Source of the DNA: Basidiobolus meristosporus CBS 931.73
Taxonomy: Eukaryota > Fungi > Basidiobolomycota
Direction: 5' to 3'
NCBI GenBank assembly: GCA_002104905.1
Contig: MCFE01000073.1
Span: forward strand, 1-64,000
Length of the DNA stretch: 64,000 bases
Shown here: positions 13,701 through 22,490 of the stretch, piece by piece
Layout: the number at the start of each line of letters is the position of its first letter
How positions within the stretch are numbered: position 1 is the stretch's first letter
Program-made: the position numbers and the translations under genes
Notes under the pieces: generated by a model
The model's input: the letters and a program-made list of their open reading frames with translations, nothing else
What the model was told of the DNA's origin: nothing
Database searches by the model: none

Positions 13701-16700
13701 AATGCTTGGAGCTGTCAGACTCGATTGGCTTGTGACTCTCGGGAGCAGAAGCACTGGAATGCTTCAAAGAGCTGGCAGACTCAGTGGTCTTGTGAGTTTC
13801 GGTAGTGGAAACTATGGAATGCTTGGAGGAGCTGGTAGACTCAGTGGGCTTGTGGTGCTTGTCAGTGGATGCACTAGAATGCCTCACGGAGTTCGCACTC
13901 TCAGTGGGCTTGTGAATCTCGACAGTGGAAACACTGGAATGCTTGGGGTTGACAGACTCGATTGGCTTGTGGATCTCGAGAGTAGAAGTACTGGAATGCT
14001 TCAAGGAGCTGGAAGACTCAGTGGTTTTGTGAGTCTCGGCAGTGGAAACAGTGGAATGCTTGGAGGAGCTGGTAGACTCAGTGGGCTTGTGGTGCTTGTC
14101 AGTGGAAGCACTAGAATGCCTCACGGAGTTCGCACTCTCAGTGGGCTTGTGAATCTCGGCAGTGGAAACACTGGAATGCTTGGAGCTGTCAGACTCGATT
14201 GGCTTGTGACTCTCGAAAGTAAATGTGCTGGAATGCTTCAAGGAGCTGTCAGACTCAGTGGTCTTGTGAACCTCAGCAGTGGAAACAATGGAATGCTTGG
14301 CGGAGCTGGTAGACTCGGTGGGCTTGTGGTGCTTGTCAGTGGAAGCGCTAGAATGCTTAACGGAGTTGTTACTCTCAGTGGGCTTGTGAATCTCGGCGGT
14401 GGAAACACTGGAATGCTTGGGGCTGACAGATTCGATTGGCTTATGGCTCTCGAGAGTAGAAGTACTGGAATGCTTCAAGGAGCTGGAAGACTCAGTGGTC
14501 TTGTGAGTCTCGGCAGTGGAAACAGTGGAATGCTTGGAGGAGCTGGTAGCCTCAGTGGGCTTGTGGTGCTTGTCAGTGGAAGCACTAGAATGCTTCACGG
14601 AGTTTGCACTCTCAGTGGGCTTGTGAATCTCGGCAGTGGAAACACTGGAATGCTTGGAGCTGACAGACTCGATTGGCTTGTGGCTCTCCGGAGTAGAAAT
14701 ACTGGAATGCTTCAAGGAGCTGGAAGACTCAGTGGTCTTGTGAGTCTCGGCAGTGGAAACAGTGGAATGCTTAACAGAGTTGTTACTCTCAGTAGGCTTG
14801 TGAATCTCGGCAGTGGAAACACTGGAATGCTTAGAGCTGTCAGACTCGATTGGCTTGTGGCTCTCGAGAGCAGAAGCACTGGAATGCTTCAAGGAGCTGG
14901 CAGACTCAGTGGTCATGTGAATCTCGGCAGTTGAAACACTGGAATGCTTGGAGGAGCTGGTTGACTCAGTGGGCTTGTGGTGCTTATCAGTGGATGCACT
15001 AGAATGCTTCACGGAGTTCGCACTCTCAGTGGGCTTGTGAATCTCGGCAGTGGAAACACTGGAATGCTTGGAGGAGCTGGTAGATTCAGTGGGCTTGTGG
15101 TGCTTGTCAGTAGAAGCGCTAGAATGCTTAACGGAGTTGTTACTCTCAGTGGGCTTGTGAATCTCGGCAGTGGAAACACTTGAATGCTTGGAGCTGTCAG
15201 ACTCGATTGGCTTGTGGCTCCCGAGAGCAGAAGCACTGGAATGCTTCAAGGAGCTGGTAGACTCAGTGGACCTGTGGTGTTTGTCAGCGGAAGCACTAGA
15301 ATGCTTCACGGAGTTTGCACTCTCAGTGGGCTTGTGAATCTCGGCAGTGGAAACACTGGAATGCTTGGAGCTGTCAGGCTCGATTGGCCTTTGGCTCTCG
15401 AGAGTAGAAGTGCCCGAATGCTTCACGGAGCTGGCAGACTCAGCAGTGTTGTGAGTCTCGGCAGTGGAAACACTGGAATGCTTGGAGGAGATGTCAGATT
15501 CGATTGGCTTGTGGCTCTCGAGAGTAGAGGTGCTAGAATGCTCCAAGGAGCTGGTAGACTCAGTGGGCTGGTGGTGCTTGTCAGTCGAAGCACTAGAATG
15601 CTTCACGGAGTTCGCACTCTCAGTGGGCTTGTGAATCTCGGCAGTGGAAACACTGGAATGCTTGGAGCTGACAGACTCGGTTGGCTTGTGGCTCTCGAGA
15701 GTAGAAGTACCGGAATGCTTCAAGGAGCTGGCAGACTCAGTGGTCTTGTGAGCCTCAGCAGTGGAAACAATGGAACGCTTGGAGGAGCTGGTAGACTCAG
15801 TGGGCTTGTGGCGCTTGTCAGTGGATGCACTAGAACGCTTAACGGAGTTGTTACTCTCAGTGGGCTTGTGAATCTCGGCAGTGGAAACGCTGGAATGCTT
15901 GGAGCTGTCAGACTCGTTTGGCTTGTGGCTCTCGGGGGTAGAAGTGCTGGAATGCTTCACGGAGCTGGTAGACTCAGTGGGCTTATGGTTCTTGTCAGTG
16001 GATGCACTAGAATGCTTAATGGAGTTGTTACTCTCAGTGGGCTTGTGAATCTCGGCAGTGAAAACACTGGTGTGCTTGGAGGAGCTGTCAGACTCGGTTG
16101 GCTTGTGGCTCTCGAGAGTAGAAACGGTGGAATGCTTCAAGGAGCTGGAAGGCTCACTTGTCTTGTGGTTTTTGTCGGTGGAAACACCAGAATGCTTCAC
16201 AGAGTTCTCACTCTCAGTGGGCTTGCGGCTCTCAAGAGTAGCAGTAACAGAATGCTTTAAGGAGCTGGCAGACTCAGTAAGCTTGTGGCTCTCGACAGTA
16301 GAAACGCTGGAATGCTTCAAGGAGCTGGTAGGCTCACTGGACTGGTGGCTCTCGTCAGTGGAAGCACTGGAACGCTTCACGGAGGTGTCACTCTTAGTAG
16401 GCTTGTGACTCTCATGAGTAAAAGTACTGGAATGCTTCAGAGAGCTAGTAGACTCAGTAGGCTTGTGGCTCTCCAAAATATCAGTGTTGGAATGCTTGGT
16501 GGAGCTGACAGATCCAGTAGACTTTAGGCTCTTGTGAGTAGAGGCGCCAGAATGCTTCAAGGAGCTGATAGACCCAGTGGGCTTGTGGCTCTCCTCAGTG
16601 GAAGCGCTGGAATGCTTTGAGGAGCTGGCAGACTCGGTGGACTGATGACTCTCGTGAGTAGAAGAACTAGAGTGCTTCGAGGGGCTGGTAGACTCGGTAG

Positions 16701-17976
16701 GCTTATGGCTCTTGAGAGTAGAAGTGGTGAAATGCTTCAAGGAGGTGACACTCTTGATAGGCGTGTGGCTTTCGTCGGTAGAGACGCTGGATTGCATCGA
16801 GAAGCTGACAGTGGATGCACTAGAATGCTTAATGGAGTTGTTACTCTCAGTGGGCTTGTGAATCTCGGCAGTGGAAACACTGGAATGCTTGGAGCTGACA
16901 GACTCGATTGGCTTGTGGCTCTCCGGAGTAGAAATACTGGAATGCTTCAAGGAGCTGGAAGACTCAGTGGTCTTGTGAGTCTCGGCAGTGGAAACAGTGG
17001 AATGCTTCAAGGAGCTGGTCGACTCATTGGGCTTGTGGACCTCGCCAGGAGAAGAACTCGATTGCTTGGAGGAGCTGGATGAATCAGTAGACTTATGGGT
17101 TTCTGATGGAGTGTCACTCGAATTATTCAAGGAGTTGGCAGACTCAGAGAACTTGTGGCTCTCGTTGGTAGAAGCTTCAGAAGGCTTGGAAGAAGTGGCG
17201 GATTCTGTAACCTTGTGGCTTTGGACTGGAGTGCCGCTATTATATTTAATGCTTTCTAATGGTGTGACCCCAGTATAATTCGTAGCGCTGGTAGGCTCAA
17301 TGGATCTGTGGCTCTCCACTGGAATGGCGCTGGTAGTGGTTACACGAATAGATTCCATGTTACCACTTTGCGAGATGGGAGTAGACTTGGTAGCATCAGA
17401 AGGGTTATTTTCTGATGTCATACTACCGCTACCTTTTGAATCATCAGATTTTGTCATCTCTGGGATTTTTGAGTTACCACTCTCCGGACGATCTGTTTTC
17501 TTTATTGTAGCAGTTTCTGTTTCCGTGGTTTTTACTGTAGCGACAGTGTGTGATGTGTCAGTGGTTCTTATCGTGTCAGTTTCCTTGGCGACAGATGTTA
17601 CGACAGCAGTTTTGGTTATTTCGTCTGTAGCAAATGTATGCTCGGTAGCAGTGGCAGTTGTGTGAACTGTATCTATGACTCTTGCGGTAGCCTTAACGGT
17701 TTTCACAGCCTCATCGGTGTGAGTTACAGTTTTCTTCAGCAAGTCAGTGGCTTTAACGGTAGCTGTTGTCTTCACCGTGTTCAACACCTTGAGTGTGTCT
17801 GTTACCATCGCAGTGTCAGTCTCCTCTACCGTGTTGATTGCATTCACAGTATGAGTAACATTGATTATCCTGGTGTCGTTGGCCATGGAGGATCCGCTCT
17901 TGACCGGAGCTGCCTCTACAGCCGAAACCGCGGCTGTAATGGCAATGCTGGCCAAAAGGGATTTGGTTAGACGCAT
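4786..17976 (-). CDS. Giant secreted His/Ser/Thr/Lys/Glu-rich tandem-repeat (mucin-like) protein with C-terminal CBM19-like chitin-binding module, 4396 aa, intronless
   Basis: Single 13,191-nt ORF. Signal-peptide-like start MRLTKSLLASIAITAAVSAVEA, a Thr/Val-rich segment, then ~190 units of a 19-20-aa repeat (KHSSxSTxExHKPTESxSSx). Ends CTNGLYECVDSG...FTVCANG...CASGTVC...ICDWP, the Cys pattern of family-19 CBMs. Confidence 0.9.
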   Translation of the reverse strand: MRLTKSLLASIAITAAVSAVEAAPVKSGSSMANDTRIINVTHTVNAINTVEETDTAMVTDTLKVLNTVKTTATVKATDLLKKTVTHTDEAVKTVKATARVIDTVHTTATATEHTFATDEITKTAVVTSVAKETDTIRTTDTSHTVATVKTTETETATIKKTDRPESGNSKIPEMTKSDDSKGSGSMTSENNPSDATKSTPISQSGNMESIRVTTTSAIPVESHRSIEPTSATNYTGVTPLESIKYNSGTPVQSHKVTESATSSKPSEASTNESHKFSESANSLNNSSDTPSETHKSTDSSSSSKQSSSSPGEVHKPNESTSSLKHSTVSTAETHKTTESSSSLKHSSISTPESHKPIESVSSKHSSVSTAEIHKPTESNNSIKHSSASTVSFSMQSSVSTDESHTPIKSVTSLKHFTTSTLKSHKPTESTSPSKHSSSSTHESHQSTESASSSKHSSASTEESHKPTGSISSLKHSGASTHKSLKSTGSVSSTKHSNTDILESHKPTESTSSLKHSSTFTHESHKPTKSDTSVKRSSASTDESHQSSEPTSSLKHSSVSTVESHKLTESASSLKHSVTATLESRKPTESENSVKHSGVSTDKNHKTSEPSSSLKHSTVSTLESHKPTESDSSSKHTSVFTAEIHKPTESNNSIKHSSASTDKNHKPTESTSSVKHSSTSTPESHKPNESDSSKHSSVSTAEIHKPTESNNSVKRSSASTDKRHKPTESTSSSKRSIVSTAEAHKTTESASSLKHSGTSTLESHKPTESVSSKHSSVSTAEIHKPTESANSVKHSSASTDKHHQPTESTSSLEHSSTSTLESHKPIESDISSKHSSVSTAETHNTAESASSVKHSGTSTLESQRPIEPDSSKHSSVSTAEIHKPTESANSVKHSSASADKHHRSTESTSSLKHSSASALGSHKPIESDSSKHSSVSTAEIHKPTESNNSVKHSSASTDKHHKPTESTSSSKHSSVSTAEIHKPTESANSVKHSSASTDKHHKPTESTSSSKHSSVSTAEIHMTTESASSLKHSSASALESHKPIESDSSKHSSVSTAEIHKPTESNNSVKHSTVSTAETHKTTESSSSLKHSSISTPESHKPIESVSSKHSSVSTAEIHKPTESANSVKHSSASTDKHHKPTEATSSSKHSTVSTAETHKTTESSSSLKHSSTSTLESHKPIESVSPKHSSVSTAEIHKPTESNNSVKHSSASTDKHHKPTESTSSAKHSIVSTAEVHKTTESDSSLKHSSTFTFESHKPIESDSSKHSSVSTAEIHKPTESANSVRHSSASTDKHHKPTESTSSSKHSTVSTAETHKTTESSSSLKHSSTSTLEIHKPIESVNPKHSSVSTVEIHKPTESANSVRHSSASTDKHHKPTESTSSSKHSIVSTTETHKTTESASSLKHSSASAPESHKPIESDSSKHSSVSTAEIHKPTESNNSVKHSSASTDKHHKPTESTSSLKHSSTSTLESHKPIESDIPSKLSSASTAETHNTTESASSLKHSSASTDNHHKPTESISSSKHSSVSTAEILKPTESANSMKHSSASTDKHHKPTESTSSSKHSSVFTAEVHKPTESNNSVKHSSASTDKHHKPTESTSSSKHSSVSTAEIHKPTESANSVRHSSASTDKHHKPTESTSSSKHSTVSTAETHKTTESSSSLKHSSASALESHKPIDSVSSKHSSVSTAEIHKPTESANSVKHSSASTDKHHKPTESTSSLEHSSTSTLESHKPIESDISSKHSSISTAETHNTTESPSSLKHSSASTDNHHKPTESTSSSKHSIVSTAETHKTTESSSSLKHFSTSTLEIHKPIESVSPKHSSVSTVEVHKSTESANSVKHSSASTDKHHKPTESTSSTKHSSVSTTEIHKTTESASSLKHSSTSTLESHKPIESYSSKHSSVSTTEIHKITESASSLKHSSASALESHKPIESVSSKHSGVSTAKIHKPTESANSVKHSSASTDKHHKPTESTSSFRHSSVSTTEIHKITESASSLKHSSASALESQKPIESDSSKHSSVSTAEIHKPTESNNSVKHSSASTDKNHKPTESTSSVKHSSTSTPESHKPIESYSSKHSSVPTTEIHKTTESASSLKHSSASALESHKPIESVSSKHSSVSTAEIHKPTESANSVKHSSASTDKHHKPTESTSSSRHSSVSTTEIHKITESASSLKHSSASALESQKPIESGSSKHSSVSTAEIHKPTESNNSVKHSSASTDKNHKPTESTSSVKHSSTSTPESHKPIESYSSKHSSVPTTEIHKTTESASSLKHSSASALESHKPIESVSSKHSSVSTAEIHKPTESANSVKHSSASTDKHHKPTESTSYLKHSSASTHKAHRPTESSSVVKPSSDSTHETHKPTESASTIRHSNDTTQDTHKPTESAISTKHSRDNTHETHKPTLSSSSFKRSIASTQETPKLTESVSSTKYSVLSSHETYKSMETSSVLKHSSSITHETHKPTKSAIPSVHSLASSHESTETSSSLKHTSDATHEAHKPTESVSTVKLSSDTTHETHKPTESDSSTKHSIASSQESHKSTEIPSSLKHSSSPAHVTHKSAETSSSLKHSSTSIHAIQKSTESASSMNHSSTSSHESHKPAESASPTKHSVASSHETHKPTEASSSLKHPSNATHETHKPTESASSTKHSIASSHETHKPTEAASSSKHSSNLTHETHNPTESAHFTKHTVASSHQTHKSAETSSSLKHSGDIAHETHNPTESAHPTMHSVASSHETLESAQTSSSLKHSSDTTHETHKPTESSSSMKHSVTSSDEPHKPTEASSSLKQSSDIAHGTHNPTESSHSTMPSVASSHDTHKSVETSSSLKHSSDTTHETPKPTESASSSKHSIDTTHETHKPAETASSTKHSVTSSDEPHKPTEASSSLKQSSDIAHETHKPTESASSLKHSVASSHETHKSAQTNSSLKHSIDTTHETHKPTESSHSTMYSVVSSHQTRKSVETSSSLKQSSDTTHKTHQPTESSSSMKHSVAFSHKTHKPTEASSDIAHETHKPTESAHTTMHSVASSHETHKSAETNSSLKHSIDTTHGTRNPTESAHSTMHSVVSSHQTHKSAETSSSLKHSGDTTHETHKPTESASSTKHSVASSHETHKSTQTSSSLEHSGDTTHETHKPTESASSLKHSVASSHDTHKSAETSSSLKHSIDTTHETHKPAETASSTKHSVTSSDEPHKPTEASSSLKQSSDIAHETHKSTESASSTMHSVASSHQTHKSVETSSSLKHSIDTTHGTHNPTESAHSTMHSVVSSHQTHSVASSHETLKSAQTSSSLKHSSDTTHETHKPTESSSSMKHSVTSSDEPHKPTEASSSLKQSSDIAHETHKPTESASSTKHSVASSHETHKSTQTSSSLKHSGDTTHETHKPTESASSLKHSVASSHDTHKSAETSSSLKHSIDTTHETHKPAETTSSTKHSVTSSDEPHKPTEASSSLKQSSDIAHETHKSTESASSTMHSVASSHQTHKSVETSSSLKHSSDTTHETHKSVETNSSLKHSIDTTHGTHNPTESAHSTMHSVVSSHQTHKSAETSSSLKHSSDTTHKTHKPTESASSLKHSVAFSHKTHKPTEVFSSLKQSSDIAHETHKPTESASSLKHSVASSHETLKSAEISSSLKHSSDTIHETPKPTGSASSSKHSVASSHQTHKSVETSSSLKHSGDIAHETHNPTESAHHTMHSVASSHETLKSAQTSSSLKHSSDTTHETPKPTGSASSSKHSIASSHENRNPTESAYSTMHAVTSSHGAHKSSGTRSSLKHSSDAAHETHKPTESASSMKDSVASSHEAHRPTGASSSLKQSSDIAHETHNPTESAHFAIPSVSSSHETYRPAEASSSLRQSSDIAHETHNPTESAHSTMQSVVSSHETYKPAETSSSLKHSSDTTHETHKLTEPASSMKSSVTSSHETRKPTEATGSLKHSSDIARETHKPTGSAHSTMQSVASSHQIHQSAEISSSLKHSSDSSHETQRPTESANSMEHSGASNYETHMPIEPSSVVKHSSDTTHTTHKPTEFATSLMHSVTSSHETYKYTETSSSLEHLSTSTHETHKSSETHRSVKHSNEATYQTRKPTESASSMKHSSISIHEAHKPTEAASWLDSSNSSAQENHKAVESSSSLMRASATDEVNHQNTEPASSSKYASATPNGIHRSTEPTESSHSWKPASYPTVKSHKTTAFDRISMHVSNTLVESPNYAEPTISPRYSSDTNRKSTEAATISRHTSDNSEKSAPPISSLKHTETTVAETHKPTELRSPLDHVTATSYEAHKASESTIATKSVTTSQVESRKSNELSSTISSYPTACAAYTVTTTSTVTVTVEALPTNHPESNDTNAACTNGLYECVDSGVTQEFTVCANGKRYHNHCASGTVCKTFAGSIICDWP
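5500..17170 (-). repeat. Coding tandem array, 60-bp (57-bp variant) unit with higher-order repeats
   Basis: 60-bp period visible in register, e.g. 6001-8100. A 531-bp higher-order unit starts at 10991, 11522 and 12053. A near-identical block recurs at a 747-bp offset (7561 vs 8308). Confidence 0.95.
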
Positions 17977-19752
17977 TGTTGCCTGTAGATTATGCGGTAG
18001 AATTATCGACCGTGCACATATTTATAGGACTATGTTACATTTCTATTGTAAACACCGACGAAAATTTCCGTGTTAAGTGAACCCTGGCATACATTTAGTA
18101 GGGGATTCACTTACGGAATTTGCTGTGGCTAAGATATCAAAATCGAAATCCATCGTGAAATCAAGATGTGATCGGACAGCCCGAGGTGCACATGAAAGAC
18201 TTACTCCATTCCAAATGGAGTAAGGTAATCGCCTGACCAATTGAGTCGAGGGAGAACACCCTCTGACGAATTGAATCATCGCAACTATTTAAATTCCACA
18301 GTTAATAAGTTGTTGCTGTTGGTGCGCCACCCAGTGATTTTAGTTGATACGCGACTTGATCCTTCGGAATACGACAAATAAAGATCTCTAATCTAATATG
18401 TGCACTGGTTTCAGCAAAAGCTATCAAGGCTAGGCTCTTAAGGAATTAGATGGTTATTTCCTTTTGCAGCGCCAGCTGGGGTTGCTTTATGCGCATAATG
18501 CTACAACGATTGAGAATTTTCTTGGAAAGCAACCCACATAAGTGCTATTCAGAGAGACTCTGGGAACCGTCATAAGCCCCGAATCCAGATTGTGAACTTT
18601 GGAACGAAAGCCTCAATTGTGATTACTGCATACTTGTATGCTTTTGTTTGTGCTCACTCGAAGTTTGGAACCTATCGTGGTATTCCGGATGAAAGGTCAG
18701 ATTCAGATTGGCAATGGAAAACCTCGGTTAAATTGTTGGTTTTGGAATCTATAACGCGGATCATGGTTTTCACTGATCTTCGATCCAATGAGGGACTAAT
18801 CCCCGGGTCGCTTTTCAAAACGATCTGCAAAGTGTTCAATTGACGACACAACAACCGCTCCATGTTGAGCTGTTCAGGATCGAAATAATATAGAATGAGA
18901 ATTCGGAACATCGATCGAAACATTGGTTTACTACAACTTGTGATGCGTTGCATTTATGCCTGCATCGATACAAACTTCCCGGTTATCGCCGACAATTAGA
19001 ACAGAATCGATAGTGTATAGGATAAGATATACAGATTGCAAGGGTTGGATGCGAACAACTTCAAGAAACACTGCTCTACGACTAAGGCTTTTCTCGCTCG
19101 ATAAATAAAGGCTGCATGTAATGTTTGATAGAATCTTCAGATCGTCAGTAACACCTCTTCATCTTATATATGTACTGTACTGAGTTACTGGCCTTGAATA
19201 TAGTGTAAATCTATTGTTCATATCATGACGCTCACCAGCCGCACAACCTTGTACGTGGAACACTATCATCCCTTCATAACAATAAATAAGGATGGACTTT
19301 ATAGTATTCCAGTTCTACTTGCTGTAAATTAGGTAAACAAGCACAGCATAAACCGAAGCCCTATCCAAGGGAGCAAGAGTACTATTATTGGCATGGTTAC
19401 TACAAAAAGGGTTTGGACGGAAGTATGCAATTTGGCTCTTTTATACGACTTCTGAATTCATCTATTTTCTCAGTATTTATTGTTGAATAAGATGACGATG
19501 GATACATGCTTTTAATCCTTTAATTACCAAATAACAATGCTTAATATTAGTACACTTGCCTCTTGCAAAAAACAACGGAATCTTGACTCTTCCATCATTA
19601 GATCGAAAATGCCTATTCCATTTCCAAATTCACCAGACATAAAAGATAAGGATCAAGAAAGGCAAAGCACAAACATTTGAATGGGGAAGTGGGTTTATTT
19701 TAATATTAAGCTAAGTACAATATCTTGAATAATTTCGATGTGATAATTCCCC

Positions 19753-21782
19753 TCAAAGGAAATACCGGAAGGATGGGTGCTTGTCATAGAGTTTCTCGGT
19801 ATCTTCCATCACCTTGGGCTGCATCTCATCCACCTTGCCATAGAGACGATCCTTTTGGCAATTCTCTCGGGCTAGGCCGATGCGGAGAAGCAATGCCATA
19901 CAGAAGGAAAGGCACATGAAGGCAAGGCAGACACCATGACCTTCACGGTAGGTCGGGGCTTGGGATTTCTTGTAGATCTGGATTTAGGGTTAGTCATTGC
20001 GCCTTCGCCACAACCAAAGCCTGCTAGCAAATTACCTGTGAACCTAAGATCGAGAAGCATTGAGCCACAGTACCGGTCATAGCAAGAGCGGTTCCACGTT
20101 TGGTATGGCCAAGGTTGTTGTTAGAGATCCAGGTAAGAGTCTAACACAAAGTCAGTACAATGGCGAAAAAATCGACTAGGCCTAGAATACGTACCAACGG
20201 AATGATTGGATACACACCGGCACCAACAAGGATGGCACCAGCATACTTCATCGAAATGTCCTTGCCAATAATCAATAAGATGTAGCCAAGGGCAGCAACC
20301 ATGGTGGTAACCATGATACAAAAGGCACGTTGCTTGGTCAGATCTGAAAGCCAGGAGACCAGAACAAGTGTGAAGCAGCCCGTTGCATAGGGGGGAATAG
20401 TAAGCAGCTCCGCTTGCAGAGAGGTGAATCCCATAGCCTTGATGATGGTTGGTAGGAAGGTGCTGAATGAGGATAGACACACGTTAAGACCTAGGTAGAC
20501 AACAATAGCAAGCCAGTTGTGCCAGTCCAAAACGGCTTTGAGCATTTGGTGTTTACTGAAGGTCTTTGTATCCTTATTACCACCTGATTGGCCGCGCTTG
20601 ATGGCGAGTTCACGTTCGGCAGGAGTCAAAAAATACTTGCTGGCTGTATGAGGATAGTTTGGAAGGAAGAAGAAGCAGAGAATTCCGATGAAGATGGTGG
20701 GTACGCCTTCAACAATAAACAGCCACCTCCAGGATGCCAACCCATGGGAACCATCAAGGTTACGGATAACAGCGTAGGCAAAGACACCACCAAATAGCCC
20801 AGCAAGGGTGGAGGAGCCCAAGAAGATAGACATACGTCTGGCCATCTCCTCACGTTTATACCAGTAACTGAGCAGCAGAGGAACACCCGGACCAAGGCCA
20901 GCTTGGAAGCAACCCATGAAAAAGCGAGCTGGATAGACGAGTGAGAACAGGCTCATCGGTCAAGGCTTGATAAAGGGCTACTTACTTGCCATCATATCCG
21001 AATAATGGTGGCCAGCTGCGAGGCTTTACCCAGAACATGTTAATAACAGCGTGATTGGATCAATTGAATCAAGAAATCATCACCAGGTAGCACAGACACC
21101 CTGATTGACAAAATACAAACAAAACGAATTACATTCGGATTTACGTTACTTTCCAAGTTGGCACTTTGAATTCGCACTTACCCAGATTACCATCACGAAG
21201 CCAATCCATTTGGAAGGAGGTACACTACGTCGGATAAGAATAAATTGATAAGGTTTCCAACAAGTGGCTGAGATTTCCTGCTTACATTCTAGTAGCCATG
21301 GTGGATGGAATCTGACAAATGATATAGCCTAACAATCAAAATATCCCGTTCGTAAGTAACAAAGGAACACCCGCACAAAAAACCGAATCTTACCAACGAA
21401 GAACATTGTAACGATGTTGTGAAACTGCTTTCCATTGATGTCCAAGTCCTTTTCGATTCCTCCAAGACGAGCATTGCCGATGTTGCCCTGAAGCTACCAG
21501 TTAGGAATGGAAAGAGCTTTGAAGCATCAGGAAACATGGGCTTACGCGAGTGAGGGACGCAAACAGATACATGACGGAGACAAACGGCAAAATACTATCA
21601 CAATCCATTTAGTATGTCGGCAACACCAAGCTTCAGGCATAGGGGTTGGCTTACTATAGATCTTGCTTCCATACTAATCTGCGCTCCAGTGCCTTTGACT
21701 CCGGATCGCTCAAGGAAGAAACCACAGTGCTAGTTTCAGAAGCATTCGTCTCTCTTTTTGATAAGCCTGCGTCAGGATCCAT
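19753..21782 (-). CDS. MFS anion:cation symporter (Dal5/Tna1 allantoate/nicotinate-like) transporter, multi-exon
   Basis: Spliced MDPDAG...ERRLVWKQDLYILPF...LTRGNIGNARLGGIEKDL, RFFMGCFQAG, LSYWYKREEMARR, WRWLFIVEGVPT, LLTIPPY; ends HPSFRYFL-stop. Confidence 0.9.
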
Positions 21783-22046
21783 GGTGAAGTAGAAGGGTAA
21801 GTAACTTCCTCCGCAATCGATCTTTTTATACACTTCGGCCGACTCTGCTTGCCTTCAATCAAAATTGGAAATACACAGGTGCGCTTTTGATCAATGATTG
21901 CTGAATCCACTCTTACTTGCCAAACCACTCGGGTGCATATATACCCCGTGCTATTTTAGCCATGTTGTTTGACAAGCCTTGTGTTATTGAATCAAAATCG
22001 AGACCCGGCCATTACTCGACAAGCTTCATTTTGTTGAATTGAAATT

Positions 22047-22140
22047 GAAACCTAGCTGTTGCTTGAGAGGCTTCGCCTTATTGAAACCCAGCTGTTGCTT
22101 GAGAGGCTTCGCCTTATTGAGACCCGCATGTTGCTTGACA
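22047..22140 (+). repeat. 36-bp tandem repeat, ~2.6 copies
   Basis: gaaacc(t/c)agctgttgcttgagaggcttcgccttatt twice (22047-22082, 22083-22118) plus a partial third copy. Confidence 0.85.
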
Positions 22141-22490
22141 TCCGGGCTAATACCTGACGTTGGTCTATTCATCTAAGCTATTACTTGGATGAATCAGCAT
22201 GGGTCATAGTCTAAACACTAAACCATTCTTTAACTCCTTCAATGTCTTCTGTCACAACATTAAGCGGTGGGGTAAACACTCTGCCTCACAACGTCCCCAA
22301 TGGGGTGGGGGAATTGGGAGCTCGTGGAACTACACCCAACTTTCTGGTAGATTTAGTCAATCTCCTAACCCGTATATCCATCCATGGCTTTGTGTTTTAA
22401 CATATATAGAATGATTTTTAACCTGCTCCTAAAGTAGAAAATTCCCATCGACCATGGTAGTTCAAGAAAGACGGATTCACCGTGGAATTT

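Noticed and set aside
10765-16260. Long plus-strand ORFs (666, 214, 439, 358 aa) rich in G/L/R/S
   Set aside because: They are antisense shadows of the periodic repeat gene. They break at sporadic stops (13422, 13590, 14934, 15183) while the minus frame stays open for 13 kb.
5500-17170. CRISPR-like or Kex2-processed repeat-peptide precursor
   Set aside because: There are no unique spacers and the units are contiguous coding repeats. Boundaries are KH, with only occasional KR, so there are no regular Kex2 sites.
18000-19700. Short ORFs (18073-18279, 18592-18843, 18672-18953) upstream of the giant gene
   Set aside because: No recognisable motifs or consistent splice pattern; treated as promoter/intergenic DNA.
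22047-22140. 36-bp repeats of CRISPR length
   Set aside because: Head-to-tail with no spacers, no cas genes, and a eukaryotic context.
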